A stretch of DNA of 64,000 nt from Thermoanaerobaculia bacterium (GTDB lineage: Bacteria; Acidobacteriota; Thermoanaerobaculia; Multivoradales; Multivoraceae). Where the stretch lies: assembly GCA_963666565.1 (NCBI GenBank), contig OY762911.1:2176001-2240000 (forward strand). The letters are read 5' to 3'. This document shows, one piece after another, positions 8,989-18,485 of the stretch (within the stretch, counting starts at the first letter, position 1; the number at the start of each line of letters is the position of its first letter). The translations under genes and the position numbers were made by a program. Below the pieces are notes generated by a model. That model worked only from the letters and a program-made list of their open reading frames with translations, was not told the DNA's origin and searched no databases.

Positions 8989-10545
8989 TCAGGCCCGCGC
9001 CTTGACGTCGTACGGCGTCTGTCTGAACGCCACGCGCTCGCGCTCCAGGGTTGCCGGCATCAATCGCGAGCGCTCGCCGTAGACCGTGAGCGATCCGTCG
9101 AACCCCTGGGCCGTCTCCGCGACTCGCTCGCGGATGAGGCGGAGCGTCGCGTGCGTGAGCACGTTGCCGCCGCCGGGCCGGCGGTCGCCCAGCACGCCGT
9201 TGAAGAGCAGTGCGACGGCCTCGCCGTCGTGGACGCCGAGCAGGGGCGACGCCGCATCCCGCTTCCAGGCGATTCCGGTCTCCGAGAACCAGACGTGAGC
9301 CGCCAGCACGTCGTACCGGACGTCCGGGCGAAGGCGGCCGTCCGCGTCGAAGGCTGGCGGGCCGAGCCGATGGAAGCGGAAGCCGCCGCCGCCCCGCCAC
9401 CCCACCGATTTCGAGATTCCGCCCTGTTCGCCTTCGATGACCTTCCGGAGTCGCGGTGCGCAGTGCGTGACCGCGTGGTCCCCCATCTCAATCCCGATCC
9501 AGCGCCGGCCCATCTTGTGCGCGACCGCCGCCGTGGTTCCGGAGCCGAGGAAGGAGTCGAGGACGAGGTCGCCGGGGTTCGTGCAGGACTCGAAGATGGT
9601 GTGAACCAGGCCTTCCGGTTTCGGAAACGAGAACTTGTCGCTCAGGCCGAACAGCGCCATGCTCTCGTAGGAGCCATGCTGCGTGTAGTGGCCAGAGATG
9701 ATCGTCGTCGGCTTCCGGCCGCGTACGTTGCCCGACTCGTCCCTGAAGTACTGCTTGTACGACACCACACGCTTGCCCGATCTTCGGGCGGATACGACCA
9801 GTTCGTCATTCAGCAGGGCCTTCTTGACCCGCTCTTCTGACCACTGCCACTGCTTTTCGGGCCAGATCTCGTCGCCGTTCGGCAGGACGATCGGGAATCT
9901 GAGGTTGGGCCTCTCGTCCATGCTCGTCGTTGCCAGAGGCTGAAGCCTGTAAGGCCCTCTCGCATCGAACTTGTCGTCTTTGTACTTGTAGTACTTCTTC
10001 AAGGCCTTGGGGTCGGGCGGCAGCCAGAGTTCGGGAAGCCGGGACATGTCCGCCGCGTAGCAGAGGACGTTCTCGTGGAGGCCGAGGAACCACTTCGCCT
10101 TGGAGCCGCCTCCGTAGCTCTTCTGCCAGACGAAGTTGGTCAAGAAGTTGGAGCGTCCGAAGATCTCGTCCATCACTACCTTGAGGTAGTGCACCTCATG
10201 GTCGTCGATCGAAACCCAGATCGAGCCGTCCTCCGCGAGCAACTCCCGCAGCAGTTCCAGCCGGGGCCACATCATCGCCAGCCACTGCGAGTGCTCCAGG
10301 TTGTCGTCGTAGTGCTCGAACGCGGAGCGCGTGTTGTAGGGCGGATCGATGTAGATGCACTTGACCCGTCCAGCGTAGAACGGCAGCAGTGCCTTCAGGG
10401 CCTCGAGGTTGTCGCCCTGGATCAGCAGGTTCCCCGCTGCCGCGTCGCCGGCCGACAGGTCGGGCAGCTCTTCCAGCAGGCGGTACGGGACGCGCCGAGC
10501 GGCGCCCACGTCCTCGTTCCGGGTCAGCCAGTGGAGGGTGGGCAT
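8989..10545 (-). CDS. mod: Type III R-M Mod subunit (beta-class adenine methyltransferase)
   Basis: 'QGDNLEAL', 'IYIDPPYNT', 'VLDSFLGSGTT'. Adjacent to res. Confidence 0.9.
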   Translation of the reverse strand: MPTLHWLTRNEDVGAARRVPYRLLEELPDLSAGDAAAGNLLIQGDNLEALKALLPFYAGRVKCIYIDPPYNTRSAFEHYDDNLEHSQWLAMMWPRLELLRELLAEDGSIWVSIDDHEVHYLKVVMDEIFGRSNFLTNFVWQKSYGGGSKAKWFLGLHENVLCYAADMSRLPELWLPPDPKALKKYYKYKDDKFDARGPYRLQPLATTSMDERPNLRFPIVLPNGDEIWPEKQWQWSEERVKKALLNDELVVSARRSGKRVVSYKQYFRDESGNVRGRKPTTIISGHYTQHGSYESMALFGLSDKFSFPKPEGLVHTIFESCTNPGDLVLDSFLGSGTTAAVAHKMGRRWIGIEMGDHAVTHCAPRLRKVIEGEQGGISKSVGWRGGGGFRFHRLGPPAFDADGRLRPDVRYDVLAAHVWFSETGIAWKRDAASPLLGVHDGEAVALLFNGVLGDRRPGGGNVLTHATLRLIRERVAETAQGFDGSLTVYGERSRLMPATLERERVAFRQTPYDVKARA

Positions 10546-10591
10546 TCGCCGTTCTGGACTTCCTCGCTATGCGGAAGCAGGCAGTGGAGCC

Positions 10592-11974
10592 TCAGCTTGC
10601 CGCTCTCGTAAGCGCCTCGTCCATCGCCGCCAGCGCGAACTCGACGTCGGCCTCCGTCAGCACGAGCGGCGGCTTGACCCGCAGCACGTTGCCGTAGAGC
10701 CCGCCCTTGCCGACGATGGCGCCCAGGTCCTTCAACTCGTCGAGCACCCGGCCGGTCAGGGCGGTTCCCGGCGTCTTCGCGGCCCGGTCGGCGACCAGTT
10801 CGATGCCGATCATCAGCCCCTGGCCGCGGACGTTGCCGATGCCTTCGTGGCGTTCTGCGAGGTCGCGGAAGCCCTGCAGGAGCCGGTTGCCCTGGATCTG
10901 CGCGTTCCGCTGCAAGCCCTCCTCCTCGATCACCTCCAGCACGGCCAGGCCGGCCGCCGAAACGAGCGGATTGCCGCCGAACGTGTTGATGTGGAGTCTC
11001 TGCGCCAGCGCCGCGGCGATCTCGGAGGTGGTCGCGACGGCCGCCAGCGGCAGGCCGTTGCCGATGCCCTTGGCCATCGTGACGATCTCGGGGACGACGC
11101 CGGAGCGCTCGAAGCCCCAGAAGTTGTCGCCGGTGCGGCCGAAGCCGGTCTGGACCTCGTCGGCGATGCAGACGCCGCCGTGGGCCCGGACGATCTCGTA
11201 GACCTCGGGGAGGTAGTTGGGCGCGCCCATCGTCACGCCGCCGGCGCCCTGGATGGGCTCCGAGATGAAGGCGGCGACTTGGCCGGGCGTGGAGTACCGG
11301 ATGAGTTCGGCCACGTCCTCCGCGGAGCGGCTGGCGATCTCTTCGGGCGTTCCGGCGAACGGATTGCGGTACGGATCCGGGTTGAGCGCGTGGTGCACCG
11401 GCCCGCCGCGCTGCACGCCGGACTTCCAGGTGTGGATGCCGGTCAGCGCCCCGGTCGGCGCGCTGCCGCCGTGGTAGGCGTTGCGGATGCCGACGACGTC
11501 GGCGTTGCCCGTGTGGAGCCGGGCCATCTGGATGGCCAGGTCGTTCGCCTCGCTGCCGCTGTTCACGAAGTAGATCCGGTCGATGCTCGGCGGCAGCTTG
11601 GCCAGCAGCGCCTCGGCGAAGCGCGGCATGTTCGGGTGCAGGAAGGCGGTCGAGCCGTGGGCCAGGAGCGCCATCTGCTGCTGGACGGCGGCGACGATCT
11701 TCGGGTGGGAGTGGCCGCAGGCGACGGTGCAGATGCCGGCGAACAGATCGAGGTAGCGGCGCCCCGTCTCGTCCCAGACGTATTGCCCGCGGCCTTCGAC
11801 CAGCATCACGGGCTCGCTGTAGAGGGTGAACAGGGCCGGGTTCACGTGCTGCCGGCGCAGTTCCAGGATCTTCTCGCGGCCCGGTCCCAGGTAGGGCGCC
11901 GGCCGGTGGCTGCACGGCGGCAGCTCCAGGGCGCGGGATCGGGAAGGGGTCGCGACGTCGAGTGCCACGGTCAT
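10592..11974 (-). CDS. Class III PLP aminotransferase (AGXT2/beta-alanine aminotransferase-like)
   Basis: 'SGSEAND', 'IADEVQTGFGRTG', 'MAKGIGNG', 'TFGGNP'. RBS GAGGA before ATG 11974. Confidence 0.9.
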   Translation of the reverse strand: MTVALDVATPSRSRALELPPCSHRPAPYLGPGREKILELRRQHVNPALFTLYSEPVMLVEGRGQYVWDETGRRYLDLFAGICTVACGHSHPKIVAAVQQQMALLAHGSTAFLHPNMPRFAEALLAKLPPSIDRIYFVNSGSEANDLAIQMARLHTGNADVVGIRNAYHGGSAPTGALTGIHTWKSGVQRGGPVHHALNPDPYRNPFAGTPEEIASRSAEDVAELIRYSTPGQVAAFISEPIQGAGGVTMGAPNYLPEVYEIVRAHGGVCIADEVQTGFGRTGDNFWGFERSGVVPEIVTMAKGIGNGLPLAAVATTSEIAAALAQRLHINTFGGNPLVSAAGLAVLEVIEEEGLQRNAQIQGNRLLQGFRDLAERHEGIGNVRGQGLMIGIELVADRAAKTPGTALTGRVLDELKDLGAIVGKGGLYGNVLRVKPPLVLTEADVEFALAAMDEALTRAAS

Positions 11975-12120
11975 GTCGGTGTTCCTCGTGGCCCGCTTGC
12001 GGGGCCGTTCAGGTCGTTTCGCTGTCGGGGCCGCGTGGGGGCGCGGCGGCGTGGAAGGGAACACTAGCAGTCGGGAGAGACTCCTGGGGCACGACTCCGC
12101 TGCGCCTCGTTTCCCGAAAT

Positions 12121-12147
12121 GCGGGTCGGAAGACCCGCACACCCAGC
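12121..12147. repeat. REP-like palindrome, single copy
   Basis: Reverse-strand copy of GCTGGGTGCGCGGGTCTTCYGACCCGC. Confidence 0.75.
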
Positions 12148-12163
12148 CCCGCGCACCCGGTGT

Positions 12164-13480
12164 TCAACTCAGGAGATCGACGATCGTCAGCGCCATCGCC
12201 TGGGTCGACCGGGTGATGTCGGCGAGCAGGCAGCGTTCGTCGGGCTGGTGGGCCTGCTCCAGCTCGCCCGGTCCGTAGGCGACGCACTGTCCGATGCCGC
12301 CGATGCGCTGGAAGTGCTTGTGATCGTAGGTGCCGGGGCTCGCCACGAGATCGGCGGCGTTCCCGGTCGCCGTTTCGATGGCGCGGGAGAGCGATTCGAC
12401 CAGGCGGCAATCGCCCGCGGTCCGGGTCGGCAGCACGCTCAGCAACTCCTCGACCTCGAACCGGATGCCGGGCCGGCGGGCCTCCACCGCGTCGAGGACT
12501 TCCCTGACCTCGGCCCGAACCGCGTCCGGTCCCTCCTCGAGCAGGTAGCGCCGGTCGACGACGAGCTCGCACTGGTCGGCGACGCAGGGCGACGGCAGTC
12601 CCTGGCCGTGGCCGTCCAGCGCGGCCGAGGAGTCGAGCCCCTCGATGACCTGGCCGCCGGCGATCGAGTTGACGTTGACCGTGGGCCGGCGCGCTCCTTC
12701 CGGCACGACGGGCAGCTCGGTGACCAGGTCGCCGATCGCCTCCCGGAGACCGAGCGCCGCCTCGGCCGCCGCGTCGATGGCCGAGACGCCGAGGAAGGGC
12801 ATCGAGCCGTGCGCGATGCGGCCGCGGGCCACGATCCGGAACCAGAGCACTCCGCGATGCCCGATGCAGATCCGGTTGGGGCCGAAGGGCTCGGGAATGA
12901 TCACGTAGTCCGTCGTGCGGCCGGTGACCCGGCCGGTCGCCGCGAGATGGGCGACGCCGGCGAGCCCGCCGCTCTCCTCGTCCACCGTGCCGCTGATCTC
13001 GACCGTTCCGCGCAGCCCGATGCCGGCGCGCCGCACCGCCTCGGCGGCGAACACGGCCGCGGCCAGGCCGGCCTTCATGTCGGCCGCGCCGCGTCCGTGA
13101 AGCCAGCCGTCCCGGATCTCGCCGCCGAAGGGGTCGACGGTCCAGCCCTCGCCGGGCGGCACGACGTCGAGGTGGCCGTTCAGGTGCAGCGACGGCCGCG
13201 CCTCGCGACCGCGTCGCCGGCCCAGCACGTTGACCTTCGGCCGCTTCGGATCGTCTCCGGGACCCTGGACGTACTCGGTCTCGAAGCCGCCCGCCTCGAG
13301 CCGGACGCCCAGCAACTCCGCGCATTCCCGGTAGGCGTCGCCGGGAGGGTTGACGCTCGGAATGCGGATCAGCTCCGCCGCGAAGTTCGCCGCCTCCTCG
13401 CCGCAGACGGCGGCTTCGGAGAGGACGCGGTCGAGCACGTCGTCGGGGGGCCGGGCGGGGGCGTTGACGGTGGGAGTCAT
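12164..13480 (-). CDS. M20 family metallohydrolase (ArgE/DapE-like)
   Basis: 'NGHLDVVP', 'GRGAADMKAG', 'DEESGG', 'AHQPDE'. Confidence 0.88.
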   Translation of the reverse strand: MTPTVNAPARPPDDVLDRVLSEAAVCGEEAANFAAELIRIPSVNPPGDAYRECAELLGVRLEAGGFETEYVQGPGDDPKRPKVNVLGRRRGREARPSLHLNGHLDVVPPGEGWTVDPFGGEIRDGWLHGRGAADMKAGLAAAVFAAEAVRRAGIGLRGTVEISGTVDEESGGLAGVAHLAATGRVTGRTTDYVIIPEPFGPNRICIGHRGVLWFRIVARGRIAHGSMPFLGVSAIDAAAEAALGLREAIGDLVTELPVVPEGARRPTVNVNSIAGGQVIEGLDSSAALDGHGQGLPSPCVADQCELVVDRRYLLEEGPDAVRAEVREVLDAVEARRPGIRFEVEELLSVLPTRTAGDCRLVESLSRAIETATGNAADLVASPGTYDHKHFQRIGGIGQCVAYGPGELEQAHQPDERCLLADITRSTQAMALTIVDLLS

Positions 13481-13603
13481 GGGGCCTTGAGGGTCGCCGT
13501 CGGCTGCTCGTTTTGCGGGCGGAGCGACTCCTGCCACAATAGCGGGCGTCGGCGTTCAGGGAGATTGACGGGACAGGCCCGCTGGTGACAGGAGAAGTTT
13601 CGT

Positions 13604-14728
13604 ATGGCGAGAATCCTAGGAGATTGCGCCGTGGCGCGCGGCCGCGACAGCGCGCCGCGTACGGTGGCGCTGGCCGCGTTGCTGATCGTCGCGGGGAGCC
13701 CCGGCGTGGCTGAAGACGCGGCGGCCGACCCTGGCCTGACGGCGGTCGAGGGGTTGAAGGTCGGCCAGTTCACCTACGAGGAGCGCCCGACGGGCTGCAC
13801 CGTCGTGCTGGCGATGGACGGCGCGGTCGGCGCGGTCGACGTCCGGGGCGGCGCGCCGGCGACGCGGGAAACCGCGCTGCTGAGTCCGCACAACATGATC
13901 CAGGAACTCCACGCGGTGGTCCTGACCGGCGGCAGCGCCTACGGTCTCGACGCCTCCGGGGGCGTGATGCGCTACCTTGAGGAGCAGGACACGGGCTACC
14001 GGGTCGGCGCCGGGGTGGTGCCGATCGTCGTCGCCGCGTCGCTGATGGACCTCGGCATGGGCGGCGCCAGCAAGCCGCGGCCGGACGCGGAATGCGGCTA
14101 CCGTGCCGCCGCGGCCGCCGGTACCGGCCCGGTGGCCCAGGGCAACGTGGGCGCCGGCGCCGGCGCCACGGTGGGCAAGATGGGCGGCCGTGGATCGCGG
14201 ATGAAGGGCGGCCTCGGCAGCGCCTCGATCAGGCTGGAACAGGGTTCCTCGGCCGGCCTCACGGTGGCGGCGCTGGTCGCGGTCAACGCGGTCGGCGACG
14301 TGATCGACCCGGCCACCGGCCAAGTCGTCGCGGGGGTGCGCGGCCCGAACGACGAACTGCTCGACGCCCGCAAGCTGCTGCGGAGCGGCCTCGGCCGCGA
14401 CCGCCGCGCCGCCCGGCGGGAGGCGGAGAACCGGGAGAACACGACCATCGCCGTGGTTGCGACGAACGCGACCCTGAACCAGGCCGAGGCCACCCGCGTG
14501 GCGCAGATGGCGCACGACGGTCTGGCCCGCTCGATCGTTCCCTCGCATACGCCGGGCGACGGCGACACCGTGTTTGCGATCGCCACCGGCGTGCTTGAAG
14601 GGCCGGCGGACGTGAGCCGCATCGGCGCGCTCGCCGCCGAGGCGCTGGCCGACGCGGTGCTCAACAGCGTACGGCACGCGGAGTCGCTTCCCGGCGTCCT
14701 CGCCGTCCGCGACCTGCCGAAGCCGTGA
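13604..14728 (+). CDS. P1/S58 family peptidase (DmpA-like)
   Basis: 'VDVRGGAPATRET', 'GGSAYGL', 'GNVGAGAGA', 'ENTTIAVVATN'. Confidence 0.88.
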   Translation: MARILGDCAVARGRDSAPRTVALAALLIVAGSPGVAEDAAADPGLTAVEGLKVGQFTYEERPTGCTVVLAMDGAVGAVDVRGGAPATRETALLSPHNMIQELHAVVLTGGSAYGLDASGGVMRYLEEQDTGYRVGAGVVPIVVAASLMDLGMGGASKPRPDAECGYRAAAAAGTGPVAQGNVGAGAGATVGKMGGRGSRMKGGLGSASIRLEQGSSAGLTVAALVAVNAVGDVIDPATGQVVAGVRGPNDELLDARKLLRSGLGRDRRAARREAENRENTTIAVVATNATLNQAEATRVAQMAHDGLARSIVPSHTPGDGDTVFAIATGVLEGPADVSRIGALAAEALADAVLNSVRHAESLPGVLAVRDLPKP

Positions 14729-15510
14729 CTGCGCCCCGGGATCCGTTTCGTCTCGACGGCCGGACGGTTGCCGTCATCGGCGCCGGCTCAGGCATCGGCG
14801 AGGGCGCGGCCGAGGCCTGCGCCCGCCAGGGAGCGCACGTCGCCTGTTTCGACCTGAACCTCATCGCCGCCAGGGCGACGGCCGACCGGATCGTCGCCGC
14901 GGGCGGCAGCGCGGAGGCGGCCGAACTCGACGTGCTCGATTCGGAAGCGATGACGTCGGCGCTTGGCGCGCTGGACGATCTTCAGGGCGTCGTGGCGACT
15001 CCGGGCGTCAACGTCCGCAAGCGCCTGCTCGACTACCAGCCCGACGAGTTCGACCGGGTGGTGACGCTCAACCTCCGCGGAGCGATGTGCGTGCTCCAGG
15101 TCGCTGGAGGGCTGCTCAGCGACGCCGGCGGCGGCAGCATCGTGCTGCTGTCCTCCATCCGCTCCCAGGTCGTCGAGCCGGGGCAGGGCGTCTACGCCGC
15201 GACCAAGGCCGGCATCGTCCAGCTCGCGCGAACGGCCGCGGCCGAACTCGGCGGCGCCGGCATCCGCGTCAACGCGCTGGCGCCCGGCGTCGTCGACACG
15301 CCGCTGACGAAGCCGATTCAGCAGAACGAGGCGTGGAACCGGGCCTACGCCGGCAAGACCGCGCTGGGCCGGTGGGGAAGGCCGGACGAGATCGGCGCCG
15401 CGGCGGCGTTCCTCGTCTCCGACGCCTCGAGCTACATGACCGGCGCCGTGCTCTTCGTCGACGGCGGCTGGACCGCCATCGACGGCCGCTTCGATCCTCC
15501 GGCGGGCTGA
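14725..15510 (+). CDS. SDR oxidoreductase
   Basis: GAGSGIG, YAATK, VDGG. Confidence 0.9.
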   Translation: MTAPRDPFRLDGRTVAVIGAGSGIGEGAAEACARQGAHVACFDLNLIAARATADRIVAAGGSAEAAELDVLDSEAMTSALGALDDLQGVVATPGVNVRKRLLDYQPDEFDRVVTLNLRGAMCVLQVAGGLLSDAGGGSIVLLSSIRSQVVEPGQGVYAATKAGIVQLARTAAAELGGAGIRVNALAPGVVDTPLTKPIQQNEAWNRAYAGKTALGRWGRPDEIGAAAAFLVSDASSYMTGAVLFVDGGWTAIDGRFDPPAG

Positions 15511-15524
15511 GCGGGAGACCGGAG

Positions 15525-16883
15525 ATGGGACCCGACGACTGGACTCCCGGGTCCGGGCGGACGCTGCGGGAGCTCCTGCGGAACGCTCGCATCTCGAACG
15601 AGCAGGCGGCGGAGCTGGCGGCGGTGGACCGCACGACGATCTACCGCTGGCTCAGCGGTCGCCAGAGTCCGCTGCGGCCGCAGAGCTGGAAGACGGGCGG
15701 CCTGGAGAGACTGGGCCGCCACCTCGGCTTCGAGACGCTGGAGGCGTTTGTGGAGGCCCTGAGCCTCGGCAGCGCGGACGCCGAAACCCCGCCGGGGCCG
15801 GCGAGCCCGGACGCCTCCGCGCTCGGCGAACCCGGGCGGCTCGCGCAGCAGTACGTGTTCCTTCGGGGCGCCGTCTCTTGGGAGAACCTCTCCTCGGCGC
15901 TCGGCGACAAGGCGACTTCCGGCGTCGATGCGTGCCTGCGCGAGGGCATCGTGGTGGGCCGCTACGTCGCCGGTCAGCGGTACTTCCTGGAGCCCGGCCT
16001 GGCGCTGGCGGCGGCCATCGCGTACCGGCCCGTCAAGCTGCCTCTGCTCGCGGCCGAACTTGGCCTGGACGTCGCCGGGATCGATAAACTCCTGCGCCAG
16101 CGGTCCGAGGACCTGGAGCAAGGGTCGGACGGTGCCGTGCGCCTCGCCGCCCACGACTACCGCGTCGTGATCTTCGACTGGAGCGAGACGCTCGTGGACG
16201 AAGCGAACTACGACTACGAGATCTGCGAGTCCCTGGCCTCGATCTGCGGCCACGACGCGTTTCGGACTCTCCTGAATCGGCTCGAAGCGGACCACGACCC
16301 CAGATGGTGGGACTACTTCTTCCTGGCCGCCCAGTTCGGGATCTCGGGATCGCAGGTCGTCGACGCCCACACGCGGCACCGGAGCATGATGGCCTGGATT
16401 CCGGGAGCGGAGGCGGTTGTCGCCCATGCCCGCGAGAAATCGGAAGCCGTGCTGGCAACCAACTGGCACGCGGACAACGTCCGGCTTCGGATGGAGTTGC
16501 TCGGTCTGGCGCCGGAGACCTTCTCGCGCATCGTGACGAGCGACGAGTTCGACAGCGTTCGGTCCAAGCGGGACATGTACGCCAGGATTCTCGCGGAGTT
16601 CGATGTTGCCGCGGAGGACGTACTCGTCATCAGCAACACGTACGACCAGAATGTCCTGCCGGCCCTGACGCTCGGCTGCCAGGCCGTCTGGTTCGCCCGG
16701 CCGCGCTCCCGCTTCCTGTGGCTCAGGAGGGCGCCGCGAACGGGCGCCGGTTTCTTCTACCTGCTGAGGAACTCGGCGAAGTTCCGACTTCCGGGCTTCG
16801 TCGCGTTCGACCATCGCGAGACGCTTTCGTGGCTCCAGGGCACGCCACGGGCTCGCCACGGGAGCGCCACGCCCGGAATCTGA
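15525..16883 (+). CDS. XRE-type HTH fused to a C-terminal HAD-like domain with degenerate motifs
   Basis: 'SNEQAAELAAVDRTTIYRWLSG', 'VVIFDWSETLVD', 'VLATN', 'VISNTYDQNV'. RBS GGAG before ATG 15525. Confidence 0.65.
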   Translation: MGPDDWTPGSGRTLRELLRNARISNEQAAELAAVDRTTIYRWLSGRQSPLRPQSWKTGGLERLGRHLGFETLEAFVEALSLGSADAETPPGPASPDASALGEPGRLAQQYVFLRGAVSWENLSSALGDKATSGVDACLREGIVVGRYVAGQRYFLEPGLALAAAIAYRPVKLPLLAAELGLDVAGIDKLLRQRSEDLEQGSDGAVRLAAHDYRVVIFDWSETLVDEANYDYEICESLASICGHDAFRTLLNRLEADHDPRWWDYFFLAAQFGISGSQVVDAHTRHRSMMAWIPGAEAVVAHAREKSEAVLATNWHADNVRLRMELLGLAPETFSRIVTSDEFDSVRSKRDMYARILAEFDVAAEDVLVISNTYDQNVLPALTLGCQAVWFARPRSRFLWLRRAPRTGAGFFYLLRNSAKFRLPGFVAFDHRETLSWLQGTPRARHGSATPGI

Positions 16884-17303
16884 CGCGCAGTGGACTCGCC
16901 ACCATCCCCCTGCCTAACGTTGAGCGGTGCTCCCGGCAAGGACGAGATCGAAACGAAAGGCGGCGGTCGGTGGCCTCGGCGTCGGAGGCGCGGGCAGAGC
17001 CAGAAGCAGACGGGCGCCGCGGCGAGCGAACGCAAGGCGGTTCTGCCTGGACCATCTGGTCGCTGCCGTCCGGCAGACAGGACACCGTCGCCGAGATGTA
17101 CGCCGGCTACATGCCCATGGTCACCGTCTCGATCCGGGAGAGCTCTGTTTCCGACAACGACTCGTAGTACGGGGACGGAGCGTTCTTGCTCCGACCGTAC
17201 GAGTCTGTGTCGCGCATGGCGCCAGACCACGCCATCTTCACCATCAATCCGGAAAAGCCGCCTATAGGTCCTGCAGAGGGCGCCATTTGGAACGGTCGCC
17301 AGT

Positions 17304-18485
17304 ATGAGAGAGCCATGGGTCGATGAGATTCATCGTGCTGCCGAACGGGGCGATGCCGACGAGCAGAGCAAGCTCGGTACGCTCTACAACGTCGGCACGG
17401 GTGTGCAGCAGGACGCCACGGAGGCGGTTCGCTGGTACCGCTTGGCCGCACAGCAGGGCCACGCCGAAGGGCAGATGCACCTCGGTATGTGCTACTTGCA
17501 CGGGCATGGCGTGCGTCAGGACCCCACCGAGGGGATTCGCTGGCTTCGCCTTGCCGCCGAGCAGGGCGACGCCCGCGCGCAGACGTACCTTGGCGCTTGC
17601 TACATGGACGGCGACGGCGTCCGGCAAGAGGCCACCGAGGCGGTCCGCTGGTATCGCCTTGCCGCCGAGCAGGGCGACGCCGACGCGCAGGTAAGCCTCG
17701 GAATCTGCCACATGGGCGGCGACGGCGTCCGCCAGGACGTCTTCGAGGCGGTTCGCTGGTTTCGCCTTGCGGCGGAGCAGGGTAACGCCGACGGGCAGAC
17801 AAACCTGGGAATCTGCCACATGCGCGGCGACGGCGTCCGTCAGGACGTCTTCGAGGCGATTCGCTGGTTTCGCCCTGCGGCAGAGCAGGGTAATGCCGCC
17901 GCGCAGACAAGCCTCGGAATCTGCTACGCGAACGGCGACGGCGTCCAGCAGGACGCCGCCGAGGCGGTTCGCTGGCTTCGCCTCGGCGCGGAGCAAGGCG
18001 ACGTGGACGCGCAGGAGGCGTTGGCAACGCTTGAGCCTCAAGGCGAGCACGGGCGCGATTCGCATGGACCAGGAAAGGCAGCGGAGGAACTGATTGTCAG
18101 TCTGGTGCGGAGATGGCCCAAGGCGACGAAGCTGGTGCGAAAGTTGAGCAGTCTGTTGCGGAAGTGGCCCGGGCTGCCGAAGTGGAAGAAGCGGCTGATC
18201 GGATTGGCGGCTTTTGTTGTCCTGATGTTGTTTGTGAGGTTGATTTACGGCCCATGGGTCGCCGGAGTACTGGTCCTGGTCATCTTCTTGTTGGCCGTGT
18301 CGGTCTTCGCGATTTGGTTTGGTTGGATTTACTTCATTACGGGCTGGAACATTGTCGAATGCCGAGGCTGCGGTCGGTCGATGTTGCTGCACCACTTCAG
18401 AAAGCAGCGCGGCTGCCTGAGCTGCGGCACGTCCCTGGAGCCGGTGCCAACCGGAGAACGCGGGTCTTTCTTTGATCGCTTCTAG
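17304..18485 (+). CDS. Sel1-repeat protein with C-terminal TM helices and a CxxC..CxxC Zn ribbon
   Basis: Six 36-aa (108-bp) repeats 'A.RW.RLAAEQG...AQ..LG..Y..G.GV.QD', two to three hydrophobic segments, CRGC and CLSC. Confidence 0.85.
   Translation: MREPWVDEIHRAAERGDADEQSKLGTLYNVGTGVQQDATEAVRWYRLAAQQGHAEGQMHLGMCYLHGHGVRQDPTEGIRWLRLAAEQGDARAQTYLGACYMDGDGVRQEATEAVRWYRLAAEQGDADAQVSLGICHMGGDGVRQDVFEAVRWFRLAAEQGNADGQTNLGICHMRGDGVRQDVFEAIRWFRPAAEQGNAAAQTSLGICYANGDGVQQDAAEAVRWLRLGAEQGDVDAQEALATLEPQGEHGRDSHGPGKAAEELIVSLVRRWPKATKLVRKLSSLLRKWPGLPKWKKRLIGLAAFVVLMLFVRLIYGPWVAGVLVLVIFLLAVSVFAIWFGWIYFITGWNIVECRGCGRSMLLHHFRKQRGCLSCGTSLEPVPTGERGSFFDRF

Larger units (their letters stand above)
2480..10610. 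mobile_element. Defence island inserted at the aminotransferase 3' end (no integrase encoded)
   Basis: Flanked by a 25-bp direct repeat. Contains only defence-type genes and gene fragments. Codon usage looks less GC-skewed than in the flanks. Confidence 0.7.

Noticed and set aside
16884-17303. Short ORFs between the HAD fusion and Sel1 genes
   Set aside because: No recognisable motif or convincing RBS; possibly a gene remnant but unsupported.
17330-18010. Regular 108-bp repeats as a possible CRISPR array
   Set aside because: They are in-frame Sel1 coding repeats with no unique spacers, and no cas genes are present.
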